A stretch of 64,000 bases of DNA. Source: an uncultured Chthoniobacter sp. Lineage in GTDB: Bacteria; Verrucomicrobiota; Verrucomicrobiia; Chthoniobacterales; UBA6821. Below the pieces are notes generated by a model, which did not search any database, was not told the DNA's origin, and saw only the letters and a list, made by a program, of their open reading frames with translations. Of the stretch, positions 37,359 to 47,689 are shown in pieces. Position 1 is the stretch's first letter. The number at the start of each line of letters is the position of its first letter. Both the position numbers and the translations under genes were made by a program. Where the stretch lies: contig CAYOAN010000006.1 of the NCBI GenBank assembly GCA_964402065.1, positions 105,741 to 169,740 on the forward strand, read 5' to 3'.

Positions 37359-40300
37359 ATGCAATACCTGCCGGCACTTTCATCAACCCTCAGAAACTTT
37401 ATGGTACCCCTTCATTTTGTTGCGATTGGATTAATTTCATTTTGGCCCTTTAATCATACCGATTCGATAGGAGAGCAGCCAAAAAAATTTCAAAAGGAGA
37501 ATGTTGTTCAATATAGCCAATCCATTTACGCAATTGATGCTGAGGAGAAAGCTTGGAAAGGGAGTGTGAAAAATAAGAAAGAGTTAGCAGGTGATGTCAT
37601 TGATGCACAGGTTCACCCTATCTTATTTGAAAAAAAACTTGTTGCTCTCTTTGCTGATGCGGAAGGAAAGCCCATTTTTGAAGATGAGTCAGGGAGTTGC
37701 TACGATGAAGATGGAAACGTTAGCATTGATCCAGTCATCAAATCAGCAAAAGCGCGTGCGGTTTTGCAACATACATCAGGAATAGATTTTTCGAGAAAAT
37801 CACCGCTCGCTATGTTAGATGAAAGTCATCAACTGTTATTGTCGGAGACGGACGCCTCGTCCATTCCTGTAGAGTGGCAGTTAAAATATTTTGGTTATGT
37901 TGGAGTAGATCCTGACGCTCCAGCGCCCAATGGGAGCGGACAGACAATTTTTCAATGCTATTTGCAAGGAATAGAACCGGTAGCTCTAGAGCCAATCACG
38001 ATGAGCATCAGTGCAACAGGTCCTTTTCGAGATCCTGCTAACGTAACCTTAGTCGCTTCGATTACTCACCCAGCTAATGTTGAAATAAGTCATATCGATT
38101 TTTTTTATAGAGGGACAAATGCGGCTAACTGCTTGGGGCATGCAACTACAGAACCCTATCAGATTACGACGAATCTTTTTGGGGCTGGATGTTTTGTTAT
38201 TCAGGCTAAAGCTTATGATTCTAATGAATGCGAAGTAGCAACAGCAACAATGTCGATAGATGTTCTTCCTTCTAATCGATACTTTCGAGGGCTGCTACCT
38301 GGGGTTTACGGCATGCATGAGATGAATTATGTTTCCTCTATTGTTGCGCTTGATTTTCAGCATGGTGTCTCATTGGATGGTACGAATAATACTTCCCTAA
38401 CAGATTTTGATCACCTTTATTCAAGTGGCTACCCTTGGTTTTTGAGGACTGCTTCAGACTTAAAAGGGCCGTGCTATCATCTTATCAATGCTAATGGGGC
38501 GTTAGATTATGTACCTGTTAATATGATTCCAACTGTGGGTGGAGTTGCTGTTGGAGATCAACCTCCCATGGTCGCTTTCGGAAGCCAAGCAGGCTTAGGA
38601 GCAACACCTCTCTTTGTTGATCAAGCGTACCATTTTGGCATTGCTGGCGGAGGAGAAAAACCAGAAGCAATAAAAGATTTAAAAATTGAGGTCTATGAGA
38701 GATCTGCATTTGATGCAGGAAATGCAAATGTACCACCAGTTTTTGTTGCTGATTACAAACTTCCTTCCCTCTTAAATAAATCAGACTCGGATGATTTTTC
38801 TGTTAGTAATTTAACTCAAGATTATCACTTACTTACCAACTGGAATGGAAAGATCATTGATTTTGACACGCAGGTCACTTACCAAATTAATGATCCAGAA
38901 AGTACATGGGGACAATCTGGGAAATATAATTTTATCCTCACCCACAAGGCTGCTAATGACTTGTTCTATTATAAAGTCAGCTTTATGGGAGCGGGGTGTA
39001 CAGAGAAGGATGCGGCGCTTTTTGACATGGCAAAAAATAGCTCAAAAACGACATCGGCATATAATATCAGCTACTCTCTTGATTTTGAGAAACCCCTTCC
39101 TTGGAGGTCAGTTTTTATTAACCAACCTCATTTTCAAACCATTCCGCTTCCAAGTGAATATCAAGGAAAGAGTATTGATGAGCTCCTTCATCAGACGCCG
39201 GCAATTAGTGATGCTTTTACAGCAAAAACGCCTGAACAAATCGAAAAAGAGACAGGGTATGATCTGAGGCTGCTCAATCATAGTACCGAGCTTAAAGACC
39301 ATTCTCTCTTGGATAAGTTGGTATCTGACTTAGAAGGAGATCCCATCAAGATAGCGAACTATGTTCTTAATGAAATAGAGCTTACGGACGCTATTGGGCT
39401 TGGTGTAGAGAATGGAGAGGCAAGCGATTTAGATAAGACCGCTATTAATCCTCAAGGAGTCAATCGCGATGCATTGGCAACTTATTTGGAGGGTCAAGGC
39501 TCTCCTATCGAGCAATGCGCCCTACTTATCTACCTCCTACGGAAGGCCGGTTATTCTGCGGCCTATGTTTTTCCTGATCATAATAAGACACTGATGTTTG
39601 ATCAGGAGCTAAGTAAGATACTTAAAATGCAATTTCGGGGAACCATGTCTTGTGTAGGAAACATGCGCGAGCCTGAACTCATACCTGTCAATTATCCCTG
39701 GGTTGTCTTTTTTGACAAAGATCAAAAAAAATGGATCCATCTTTTTCCATGGATTAAAAATATAAAAGTTAAAGAAGGAAAAGACCTTTGGAATTATTTT
39801 CCATCGGGCTACAACACCCCGCGGCAATGGTTGTTAAAATATCTTCTTAATGATGGGAGTGTTCGCAATCCACTTGAAACAAAAGATCCAGCAATTTTAA
39901 GAGAAGATAATGTTGGAACGCTTTTCCCCTTGTATGCAGCAAAACAGCTAGCGTTGCACAATCTTACCATTGACGATGTGGGTATCCAATTCACGCATCA
40001 ACCTTGTTACTATGAGAGTTGGGATGAGTTTCCTCGTCCATGGGCAACCTCCCCTATTTCTAATGGAAACCTAGCTCAAAATTTAGAAGCGGATCAAAAT
40101 ACGAAGCTAAAACCAGAAATTAAAAATCAGTTAGCGGATATTTTTGACACCATTGAAATAACCGTCATTAGTGATAGGAAAAATAATGGGAGTGTTAATT
40201 TAAAGGATCATCCTGGAGATCCTGTTATTCAAACAGGAGTCCTACGTATGGCGAATCTTCATGATCGTGCTCTATTATTGCATCACGAAGTTGAAACTAA

Positions 40301-43300
40301 TCATCACTACAAGATGATCCTTTCTTTGGATCCTTATGATGCAACTCAAGCAGATAGTGAGCATCAAACTAATAGTTTTTATTCAGGAAATAATCCCACT
40401 CCTTCCTCGGATCAACTTTTAAGAGGCAAGCAAGCCATGAGCGTTGATCTCGATGATCGAGACAATAGCATTTTGTATCACATTCTCTACCGACATCATC
40501 AGCAGGTCTTAAAGGGGGTTGATTACAGTAAACAATTTTTCGGAATTGATGAAATGACAACAATTGATGACACGCGACCTTTATTCAAAGGAGACATGGC
40601 TTGTTTATCATTGTTTTATGGAAGGGTTAGCCCTGAGATGATGAATTTTCAAAATCAAAAATTTATACAATTACGGGATGCCCTTAACAATGGTCCAGCC
40701 TTCTTAGAAAATCAAAATGCCATGAAAGGCCAGTATCTAGCAATTGTTGGGCAATCTTATTATCAAATGGTAGGAGAAACGCAACAAATGCTCGAACGAA
40801 TGAACAAATTGCATGCTGTTTCTTATGCAGCGCATGGATTAACTAAATTGTCTCCACTGCGTGATGATCATAATCAGATCGTTCTTACCACTGATTTCTT
40901 GACTGAGAAGGAAGATCTAAACTTGGTATATCCTAATGTTGATATGAGTTTTCAAACGCTGGTTCATGTTAATAATAGCAGCACTCACTTAGAAGCGAGT
41001 AACGCCTCAGGATCCTATATTGATGTTTTAGGGAATTTATTAATTGGAGAAATTTCCGCTGATGAACATCGTGTTATTGATAAACTGTATGGACAAAAGA
41101 ACGCCATTTCTACGGTTAAGTTACTTGATATTGCACAAGGATGGACATCTGAGGTAGGACTAGCCACACACCCAGGAGAAGGAGCAATCGTCTTAACGGC
41201 TAATAATTATCAAGACGAAGGAAAAAAAAGCTATATTGCGAAAAGAACATCGGATCATGTTCCTCTTAAAAAAACGCTCTCTGAATGGGGTGATCTTATT
41301 GGCGGATACTGGTCAAACCAGGTAAAAAGTACACTGCAAGTTTCTTCTTCTGCTGAAAAGAATTTTATCATCATGACCCCTGGTCCCGTCACAGCAAGTG
41401 GTCAAGAAGGCGGGGTGCCATATACCGGTATGGGTGCTATGGTCTTTACACCTCTTAGTGCTGGGGCCTTGATTACTGGAAGAACAACCATCAATGGCGG
41501 TTACGGTGAGCCAACATATCAATTTGAAAATAATGGAGATTCTATCTTTTTACCTCCTACAACAATAGAGACCAGAGTAAAAATACCAGACTATTATAAA
41601 CTTGAGACCAATCCTCCTAGCAACAGCAATATCAGTATTTCAAATCCTCTCAATCCACAAAATAGTCCCTTTGGATATGGAGGACAATACTATCATGATC
41701 CTCGATTTCTCAATCCCTCGACACCTTCCTGGCAAACTCCTTCGCAACCTTCCTGGCAACCTCCTTCACAACCAAGTCCGCCTCCTTCTTCTCCTGCGAA
41801 TCCCACTATAACGGCACCGCCAGCGCCTTCTCCTGCACCACCAACGCCATCACCCACGCCCCCAGTAAGCCAAGAAAAATTCAAAGAGATAGTTAAAAAA
41901 ACCATCTCGGAAAAAGGGAATACAGGTAGTCCCGTCTTTTATGGAAAGCTCAAGAACTTTGTTATGGATCCAGTGAGCGTGGTAACTGGAGAATTTTATG
42001 TCAACGCTGTTGATCTCAAGTTAGCAGGGCCAATGCCTCTTGAAGTTCGCCGTATTTATAGCTCGCAAAGTAGTGTTAATGAAAATCTGGGGCATGGATG
42101 GAGGCTTAGTTATTTTTCCTATCTGGCGCTCTCGAGTGATAGTGAAACAACGCCAACGATCATTAATGCTGCAGAAATGGATGGCTCTGTTATTTCCTAT
42201 CGCTACAACAAAGATCAACAAATTTGGATGCCACTCCCAAGTGATAATCCAACGCTCATCAACGAAAATGATGGTGCTAACCTTATTAGTAAAAATCTTT
42301 TTAACAACCGCATCACTCAAACAACAAGTGATGGCGCTATTGCCTACACTTTATCGAGTGCGGATGGCAGCAAAAGAGTATTTAAGGTTCATCCTGAATT
42401 CACTCACCAACGACCTTATCTTGATTCGTGGAGCGATCATCAAGGTAATTCCTATCAATTTTTCTTTGGTCAAAATAAGCAATCTTCGGATTATGAACAA
42501 CTCATCCGCATTGCTTCAAGCAATGGCAATACAATCCGTTTCAATTACGATAATAATGGTCATATTGTAAAAGCTTTTTCCAGCGATGGACGCTTGCTCA
42601 AATACACCTATGACAGCAATGGCGACCTTGTTCAAGTTACGCTCTCAGATGGGACAAAAATTAACTACAGCTATAAAATTCTCGATCAAGACTCACCTCA
42701 CCTGCTTGTTCAAGAAATAAAACCAGAAGGACGTAGCTTGCAAAATAATTATGACGCACTAGGCCGCGTTATCACTCAATATGCGACAACTGGCGTTAGT
42801 CCAACAGCAACACTGAGTGGCACCTTTAACTATAGCCTCACTGCTACCAACGCTGATAACACCTTTGATGGAACGACGCTGCTTGTGGATGGTGCTGGCA
42901 ATAAAACGACTTACACTATCTCTCATAATCAAATGACAAGCATAGCTTGTCCTGAAAATCGAACGATCACGCAAACGTGGAATGTGAACGAGAGCTCACG
43001 TTCCCTAGCTAGTGCTGTCGATGTTCGAGGGCTCATAACAAGCTATGACTATGATGGGAGTGGGAATGTTATTAGCCGTAGCCTCAAAGGAGACATTACT
43101 GGCAGCGGGGCAAGCGAAACAGCAAAGACGACATCGACCTACAACAGTCTCAATGTTCTAAGTTCGACTATTGACGCTGTTGGAAACATAACAAAGTACA
43201 CTTATAACAACGCATCATTTCCGTACAATCCAACAACTGTTATGACAACAGCCCCTTCGGGACAAACGGTCAATGCGCTTCAAATTGAGTATACAAAGTC

Positions 43301-46300
43301 TGGAGGTGCTTCTGGACTTGTTTCCAGCCTCAATAATAATGGAGCGATCACAACTTATACCTACGATCAACATGGATTTCCAAATTCCATAACGCAAAAA
43401 ACAGGGACGAAAGATCCCGACCTGACAACAACATTAACCTGCAATGCACGAGGAGAAATTATTGCTGCAACAGATGCTCTCGGACAAAAGAAAAAATACT
43501 TCTACGACGGCCTTGGGCGTCCTACTGGAGTGGAGGTTTATGATAAAACAGGAGCTCTCATCGATTGGCACTTTAAATATTATAACTACAATGGAGAAAT
43601 TGAGTGGGAGCAAGGGGCTCGTTTAAACCCTGTTGATTATACCTATTATGATTATGACCGAGCAGGGCATCTTCTGCACAAGGCAACCTACCTTATTGCT
43701 GGAGCTTCTGCTTGGGCAGGAGAACTAGTTATGAACAACAATGTTGCTTTGACCTCTTACAACTATGACGCACAAGGCAATTGTATTTCCATGACCGATC
43801 CTAATGGCAACATAACAACAATGGGCAACTATGATGCATTAGGAAATATGGGATCACGAACGCTTGCAGATGGAACAAAAGAGAGCTTTAGCTATGAGGC
43901 GGGTGGTAACGTCGCGAGCCATACAACTGTTTTGGGAGCAGCAGAAACTTTTACTTACACCTCAACAGGCCTTATAAAATCTGCTTGTCGCGCTGATGGA
44001 AGTGTAACGCAGTACCAGTACGATCTCATGGGGCATCTTGTTAAAGAGCAATCTTCCCAGGGGCCAACCTGCAATATTACTTATAATGGCAATGTCACTA
44101 CAAAAACATTCAATGCCTCTGGAAAGTCCTTAGGGTCTACATCTGAGTCCTATGATGGACGTGGCAATTTATTACAAAAAACAGATCTTGCAGGCAACCA
44201 ATGGAATTACAGTTACGACAATTTGAATCGTCTTAAAACAGAACAAGGCCCACCAACCTCTGGAACTAGTGCCCAACAAAGTGTCACGCACTACTACGCT
44301 CTCAACTTCGAAACACTTCTCAACGGCGCTGGTGAATGGACTAACCGGTCGTTGGATGCGATGGGGCGTTCTCTGATAATGACCAGCTACAACAAAGATG
44401 GGAGCATTGCTCAAACGATCAGTAATCATTACTCGGGAGATCACCAAAGCATAGAGACAACGGTTGGAACCGGCACTAATGCTATTACAACAACGACCTA
44501 CACGGATACGCGAGAACGTCCTCTTACCATTCAAAACAGTGATGGGAAATGTAAAATTTTCACTTACGATCCTAACGGCAACCTCACTTTTGTTAGCGAT
44601 GAAGATGGTCTTATCACCTGCTATAGTTATGACAGCCTTAATCATCTAGCCTCAGAAACAATTCTTCCTGACGGAACCTTCATTGCTTATAAGTATGATG
44701 CTGCTGGCAATCTTCTCACGCGCTCGATGCCGCATGGCCTCAAAGAACAAAACTCTTATAACGCTGCAGGACAAAAAACTTCCTCTGCCTTATTTGGAGG
44801 TGATGAAGCCGTGACTCGCAACTTCGCTTATCAGTATCAAAATGGCCTTCTCTCTTCGATCCAAGATCCGCGAGGCTTCACAACATCGATTGCCTACGAT
44901 GATTGGAAACGACCTGTAAGCCTTGTTTCAAGCGGAGCTAGCCTTCCTGAACAAAATCAAACAACAGGTTACAAATACGATCCGCGAGGATTTCTTGTGG
45001 CTATAGCTCAACACTACAACGATGCCGCTGCGGGGCCATCTACTCTTGTTTCCAGGTCCTACGATGCCTATGGACAACTCACCTCGGAAACTACCTCTCT
45101 CAATAACAGCAATATTTCCTCTTGGAGTCAAAGATGGGACGCAGCAGGAAGAAGAACGGCCCTCAACTGGAACTTAAATCCGCAAAGCAAAGGTCCGCAG
45201 TATACCTTCTCATACAATGCTCTTGGGGAAATGACTAGCTCTCAAAACGGCTCTGGTACTTATTCCTACGACTATAATAACAATGGATTGCTTTTTCAGC
45301 GAACAACACCACATGGTACAATTTCACTCACTCGTGACGAGCGAGGTCGCATTACCGATATTGGAAATAGCATCAGTAACCTAACGATACTTGCTGAACA
45401 CATCGATTGGAAATTGGACAACAGAATTCAGAGTTATAACGTACTTGAAAATAGGATAGGCGTCCCACAGGAATCGCGTAATTATGGATATGCAGGAAGA
45501 AAAGTGACGCAAGAGCCGTTTATGCTGACGAGTTCTTCTGATCCAACAATGCTTCCGAATGGAACTCAGACAGTGCAATATCTTTTTGATGAAACAAATC
45601 TCCTTCAATTGAATTCAGGCAATATCAATGGACTTGGTGTAAGAACAACCCAAATTATCGATTCAAATGCTGCAAACTGTGTTGCTGCTCAAAATAGCCT
45701 TGGACAGGTCACGCAAGCGAACACTTACTCTTTCCGAGCTATTTATGATTGGATGCTTGCCTACGATGCTGCTGGAAATATGAACAAAGCAACGTTGGAA
45801 ACTTGTGTGGATCAAACATTGACTTGGGACAGCTTTAATCGACTTGTTGATTTCAATCAACGAAGCGTATTAGGACATAATTTTAACCCTCAATGGACTT
45901 CTTCCTATGATTGGAAAACTGCTTACGATGGCCTTGGAAGACGAATACAGACTACTTGTGGAAGTGATATGATTAATTACTACTACGATCCAGAAGTGGC
46001 ATTTTTAGAACTCGGTCGCACCATCAATGGAAGTGAAACCTGGAATCTCTACGGACCTGATCGAAGCGGCATCTATGGAGGAGCTCAAGGCATTGGTGGC
46101 CTTGAAACCAGCTACGATCAAAATACTGGAACAGTGAAAAACTGGGTGAATAATTATTTTGGGGATGCACTAGTATGGTATGACGCGGCAAGCCAGTATT
46201 TCTTAAACCATGGCTCTATCAGTTTTGGAGGCTATGGACCGATGCTTGGAAGCAGTACGCCTGAAAATTCCGACCCTCAATGGCGAGGACATTACGTGGA

Positions 46301-47162
46301 TGAAACAGGCCTCTACTACATGGGAGCTCGCTACTACGATCCGATCAACGGAACATTTATTTCACCAGACCCACTTGGCCATAGTTCTAGCCTAAGCCTG
46401 TATGACTATTGCAACGGCGACCCAGTTAATGGCTTGGATCCCGATGGACGGTGTGTGGAGAAAATCAACAATGCTGAAATCAATGTTGGCTACAGTTGGA
46501 ATCAAGCGTGCAACCAGTACGATTCTGATATTGGAGCTCGCATCTTAGCAGGAATACCTGTGAGCATTCTAAGTGGTGATGCATTCACTCACTACACAAC
46601 GCCACAAGAACAAATGAACCAATACGGCTTTATGCCAGCTGCATTTAGTGCAAATGGGATTTTTGCTGATCGTAGTGATATAATCTATATGAGAAGTAAA
46701 GTTGCTGAAGGACTTAACTTCAATGAAGAGAATATCTTTCAAATTCAAAACCCTTCCTATGGACCACTTGATTTAATAAGAGCAGGAGGACAAGAAGCAG
46801 GGGCGATCGATATCACAGCCTTACGAGCTGCTGATATGATTAATACTTCTGGAGGTGGTTCTTTTGTTGCTCACAGTAATGGATCGGCTCTTTTTTACGC
46901 AGCTTCTGCTCTGCTGAGGCCTGAAGTGAAAGCTCATATTGATTACAGAGGCTATGGACCTCAGATTAATATTAATTCCGGAAATGTGCCTCGACTTCAT
47001 AGCTACCATAATATTACCGGGGCTCATGATTTGGTTGGTACCGTGTTAAATCCAAATGCTCATTGGGATCAAATTATTCCTCAGAGTCCATTACATCCAC
47101 TTGATAATCATAGTTTTAAGAAAACTTATGCTTCGGATGTTTCAAACATGATGACGTTATGA
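37359..47162 (+). CDS. Giant Rhs/YD-repeat polymorphic toxin (3267 aa)
   Basis: Many YD repeats (YDALGR, YTYDSNGDL, YDYDGSGNV, YKYDAAGNL ...). Shell-opening motif DPVSVVTGEFYVNAVDLKLAGPMPLEVRRIYSS...LGHGW. Canonical core end YYMGARYYDPINGTFISPDPLG...YDYCNGDPVNGLDPDGR, followed by a distinct C-terminal domain of about 236 aa. Confidence 0.9.
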   Translation: MQYLPALSSTLRNFMVPLHFVAIGLISFWPFNHTDSIGEQPKKFQKENVVQYSQSIYAIDAEEKAWKGSVKNKKELAGDVIDAQVHPILFEKKLVALFADAEGKPIFEDESGSCYDEDGNVSIDPVIKSAKARAVLQHTSGIDFSRKSPLAMLDESHQLLLSETDASSIPVEWQLKYFGYVGVDPDAPAPNGSGQTIFQCYLQGIEPVALEPITMSISATGPFRDPANVTLVASITHPANVEISHIDFFYRGTNAANCLGHATTEPYQITTNLFGAGCFVIQAKAYDSNECEVATATMSIDVLPSNRYFRGLLPGVYGMHEMNYVSSIVALDFQHGVSLDGTNNTSLTDFDHLYSSGYPWFLRTASDLKGPCYHLINANGALDYVPVNMIPTVGGVAVGDQPPMVAFGSQAGLGATPLFVDQAYHFGIAGGGEKPEAIKDLKIEVYERSAFDAGNANVPPVFVADYKLPSLLNKSDSDDFSVSNLTQDYHLLTNWNGKIIDFDTQVTYQINDPESTWGQSGKYNFILTHKAANDLFYYKVSFMGAGCTEKDAALFDMAKNSSKTTSAYNISYSLDFEKPLPWRSVFINQPHFQTIPLPSEYQGKSIDELLHQTPAISDAFTAKTPEQIEKETGYDLRLLNHSTELKDHSLLDKLVSDLEGDPIKIANYVLNEIELTDAIGLGVENGEASDLDKTAINPQGVNRDALATYLEGQGSPIEQCALLIYLLRKAGYSAAYVFPDHNKTLMFDQELSKILKMQFRGTMSCVGNMREPELIPVNYPWVVFFDKDQKKWIHLFPWIKNIKVKEGKDLWNYFPSGYNTPRQWLLKYLLNDGSVRNPLETKDPAILREDNVGTLFPLYAAKQLALHNLTIDDVGIQFTHQPCYYESWDEFPRPWATSPISNGNLAQNLEADQNTKLKPEIKNQLADIFDTIEITVISDRKNNGSVNLKDHPGDPVIQTGVLRMANLHDRALLLHHEVETNHHYKMILSLDPYDATQADSEHQTNSFYSGNNPTPSSDQLLRGKQAMSVDLDDRDNSILYHILYRHHQQVLKGVDYSKQFFGIDEMTTIDDTRPLFKGDMACLSLFYGRVSPEMMNFQNQKFIQLRDALNNGPAFLENQNAMKGQYLAIVGQSYYQMVGETQQMLERMNKLHAVSYAAHGLTKLSPLRDDHNQIVLTTDFLTEKEDLNLVYPNVDMSFQTLVHVNNSSTHLEASNASGSYIDVLGNLLIGEISADEHRVIDKLYGQKNAISTVKLLDIAQGWTSEVGLATHPGEGAIVLTANNYQDEGKKSYIAKRTSDHVPLKKTLSEWGDLIGGYWSNQVKSTLQVSSSAEKNFIIMTPGPVTASGQEGGVPYTGMGAMVFTPLSAGALITGRTTINGGYGEPTYQFENNGDSIFLPPTTIETRVKIPDYYKLETNPPSNSNISISNPLNPQNSPFGYGGQYYHDPRFLNPSTPSWQTPSQPSWQPPSQPSPPPSSPANPTITAPPAPSPAPPTPSPTPPVSQEKFKEIVKKTISEKGNTGSPVFYGKLKNFVMDPVSVVTGEFYVNAVDLKLAGPMPLEVRRIYSSQSSVNENLGHGWRLSYFSYLALSSDSETTPTIINAAEMDGSVISYRYNKDQQIWMPLPSDNPTLINENDGANLISKNLFNNRITQTTSDGAIAYTLSSADGSKRVFKVHPEFTHQRPYLDSWSDHQGNSYQFFFGQNKQSSDYEQLIRIASSNGNTIRFNYDNNGHIVKAFSSDGRLLKYTYDSNGDLVQVTLSDGTKINYSYKILDQDSPHLLVQEIKPEGRSLQNNYDALGRVITQYATTGVSPTATLSGTFNYSLTATNADNTFDGTTLLVDGAGNKTTYTISHNQMTSIACPENRTITQTWNVNESSRSLASAVDVRGLITSYDYDGSGNVISRSLKGDITGSGASETAKTTSTYNSLNVLSSTIDAVGNITKYTYNNASFPYNPTTVMTTAPSGQTVNALQIEYTKSGGASGLVSSLNNNGAITTYTYDQHGFPNSITQKTGTKDPDLTTTLTCNARGEIIAATDALGQKKKYFYDGLGRPTGVEVYDKTGALIDWHFKYYNYNGEIEWEQGARLNPVDYTYYDYDRAGHLLHKATYLIAGASAWAGELVMNNNVALTSYNYDAQGNCISMTDPNGNITTMGNYDALGNMGSRTLADGTKESFSYEAGGNVASHTTVLGAAETFTYTSTGLIKSACRADGSVTQYQYDLMGHLVKEQSSQGPTCNITYNGNVTTKTFNASGKSLGSTSESYDGRGNLLQKTDLAGNQWNYSYDNLNRLKTEQGPPTSGTSAQQSVTHYYALNFETLLNGAGEWTNRSLDAMGRSLIMTSYNKDGSIAQTISNHYSGDHQSIETTVGTGTNAITTTTYTDTRERPLTIQNSDGKCKIFTYDPNGNLTFVSDEDGLITCYSYDSLNHLASETILPDGTFIAYKYDAAGNLLTRSMPHGLKEQNSYNAAGQKTSSALFGGDEAVTRNFAYQYQNGLLSSIQDPRGFTTSIAYDDWKRPVSLVSSGASLPEQNQTTGYKYDPRGFLVAIAQHYNDAAAGPSTLVSRSYDAYGQLTSETTSLNNSNISSWSQRWDAAGRRTALNWNLNPQSKGPQYTFSYNALGEMTSSQNGSGTYSYDYNNNGLLFQRTTPHGTISLTRDERGRITDIGNSISNLTILAEHIDWKLDNRIQSYNVLENRIGVPQESRNYGYAGRKVTQEPFMLTSSSDPTMLPNGTQTVQYLFDETNLLQLNSGNINGLGVRTTQIIDSNAANCVAAQNSLGQVTQANTYSFRAIYDWMLAYDAAGNMNKATLETCVDQTLTWDSFNRLVDFNQRSVLGHNFNPQWTSSYDWKTAYDGLGRRIQTTCGSDMINYYYDPEVAFLELGRTINGSETWNLYGPDRSGIYGGAQGIGGLETSYDQNTGTVKNWVNNYFGDALVWYDAASQYFLNHGSISFGGYGPMLGSSTPENSDPQWRGHYVDETGLYYMGARYYDPINGTFISPDPLGHSSSLSLYDYCNGDPVNGLDPDGRCVEKINNAEINVGYSWNQACNQYDSDIGARILAGIPVSILSGDAFTHYTTPQEQMNQYGFMPAAFSANGIFADRSDIIYMRSKVAEGLNFNEENIFQIQNPSYGPLDLIRAGGQEAGAIDITALRAADMINTSGGGSFVAHSNGSALFYAASALLRPEVKAHIDYRGYGPQININSGNVPRLHSYHNITGAHDLVGTVLNPNAHWDQIIPQSPLHPLDNHSFKKTYASDVSNMMTL
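41724..41771 (+). repeat. In-frame 2 x 24-bp tandem repeat within the Pro-rich linker of the Rhs protein
   Basis: CCTTCCTGGCAAACTCCTTCGCAA / CCTTCCTGGCAACCTCCTTCACAA, encoding PSWQTPSQ / PSWQPPSQ. Confidence 0.85.
41967..46451 (+). other. Rhs/YD-repeat shell region (residues about 1537-3031)
   Basis: Bounded by DPVSVVTGEF (D1537 at 41967) and LDPDGR (D3027 at 46437). Confidence 0.8.
46452..47159 (+). other. C-terminal toxin domain, putative alpha/beta-hydrolase (lipase/esterase-like)
   Basis: It follows the DPDGR core end. Nucleophile-elbow-like FVAHSNGSALF (S3173 at 46875-46877). Candidate acid and base residues are GAHDLVG (D3224) and LDNHSF (H3251). The fold assignment is inference. Confidence 0.45.
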
Positions 47163-47671
47163 TAGTAAGATCGATTATTCTTAGTTTGGCTTTGTTATGC
47201 AGTGGCTGTTCTATCACTAAAAATATCAGTAATCAGCCTCCGTATAATCACTGCATTGGCAAGAAATTTATTCTTAAAGAGGATATGTATGTTTTTAAGT
47301 TCCATGATAGTCCTGATTATTTTATTGCTCCTGAACATAGCGGCATTACAGGATTACCCCCTTATGTAGATAAGAAATATTTAGAAAATGATTATTTTGG
47401 AAAACATAATTATTATCTCACTATTTTAGGCATCGTTCCAAAAGGAAGTATTTTTAATATTATCCGAGTGGTAAGAAGAACAACCTTTGAACTGTCTTAT
47501 GTGATGTATCTAATAGCATTTGACAATCTGCCATCTATCAAAAATGGAATTATTACAACAGAAATACTCAATTTTGATAATCCGCCAGATGCATTGTACT
47601 GGTCCGATCCCCCAATCTTTGAAGCCAAATTTGCAGAGCCATTACCAAGTGATGGAGTTTGGTGGAAATAA
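47159..47671 (+). CDS. Putative immunity protein 1 (lipoprotein-like)
   Basis: Its ATG overlaps the rhs TGA (ATGA at 47159-47162). 170 aa with a signal peptide and lipobox-like LALLCSGCS, which is atypical at position -3. Two paralogues lie downstream. Confidence 0.6.
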   Translation: MIVRSIILSLALLCSGCSITKNISNQPPYNHCIGKKFILKEDMYVFKFHDSPDYFIAPEHSGITGLPPYVDKKYLENDYFGKHNYYLTILGIVPKGSIFNIIRVVRRTTFELSYVMYLIAFDNLPSIKNGIITTEILNFDNPPDALYWSDPPIFEAKFAEPLPSDGVWWK

Positions 47672-47689
47672 AAAAGGCTTTCTAAAAAA

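Noticed and set aside
39483-39560. Firm transglutaminase-like cysteine protease domain call in the Rhs N-terminal region
   Set aside because: Only the Cys-loop-like string (..QCALLIYLLRKAGYSAAYV) is recognisable. The expected His/Asp motifs are not evident. It is kept as a low-confidence remark inside the Rhs finding rather than as a feature.
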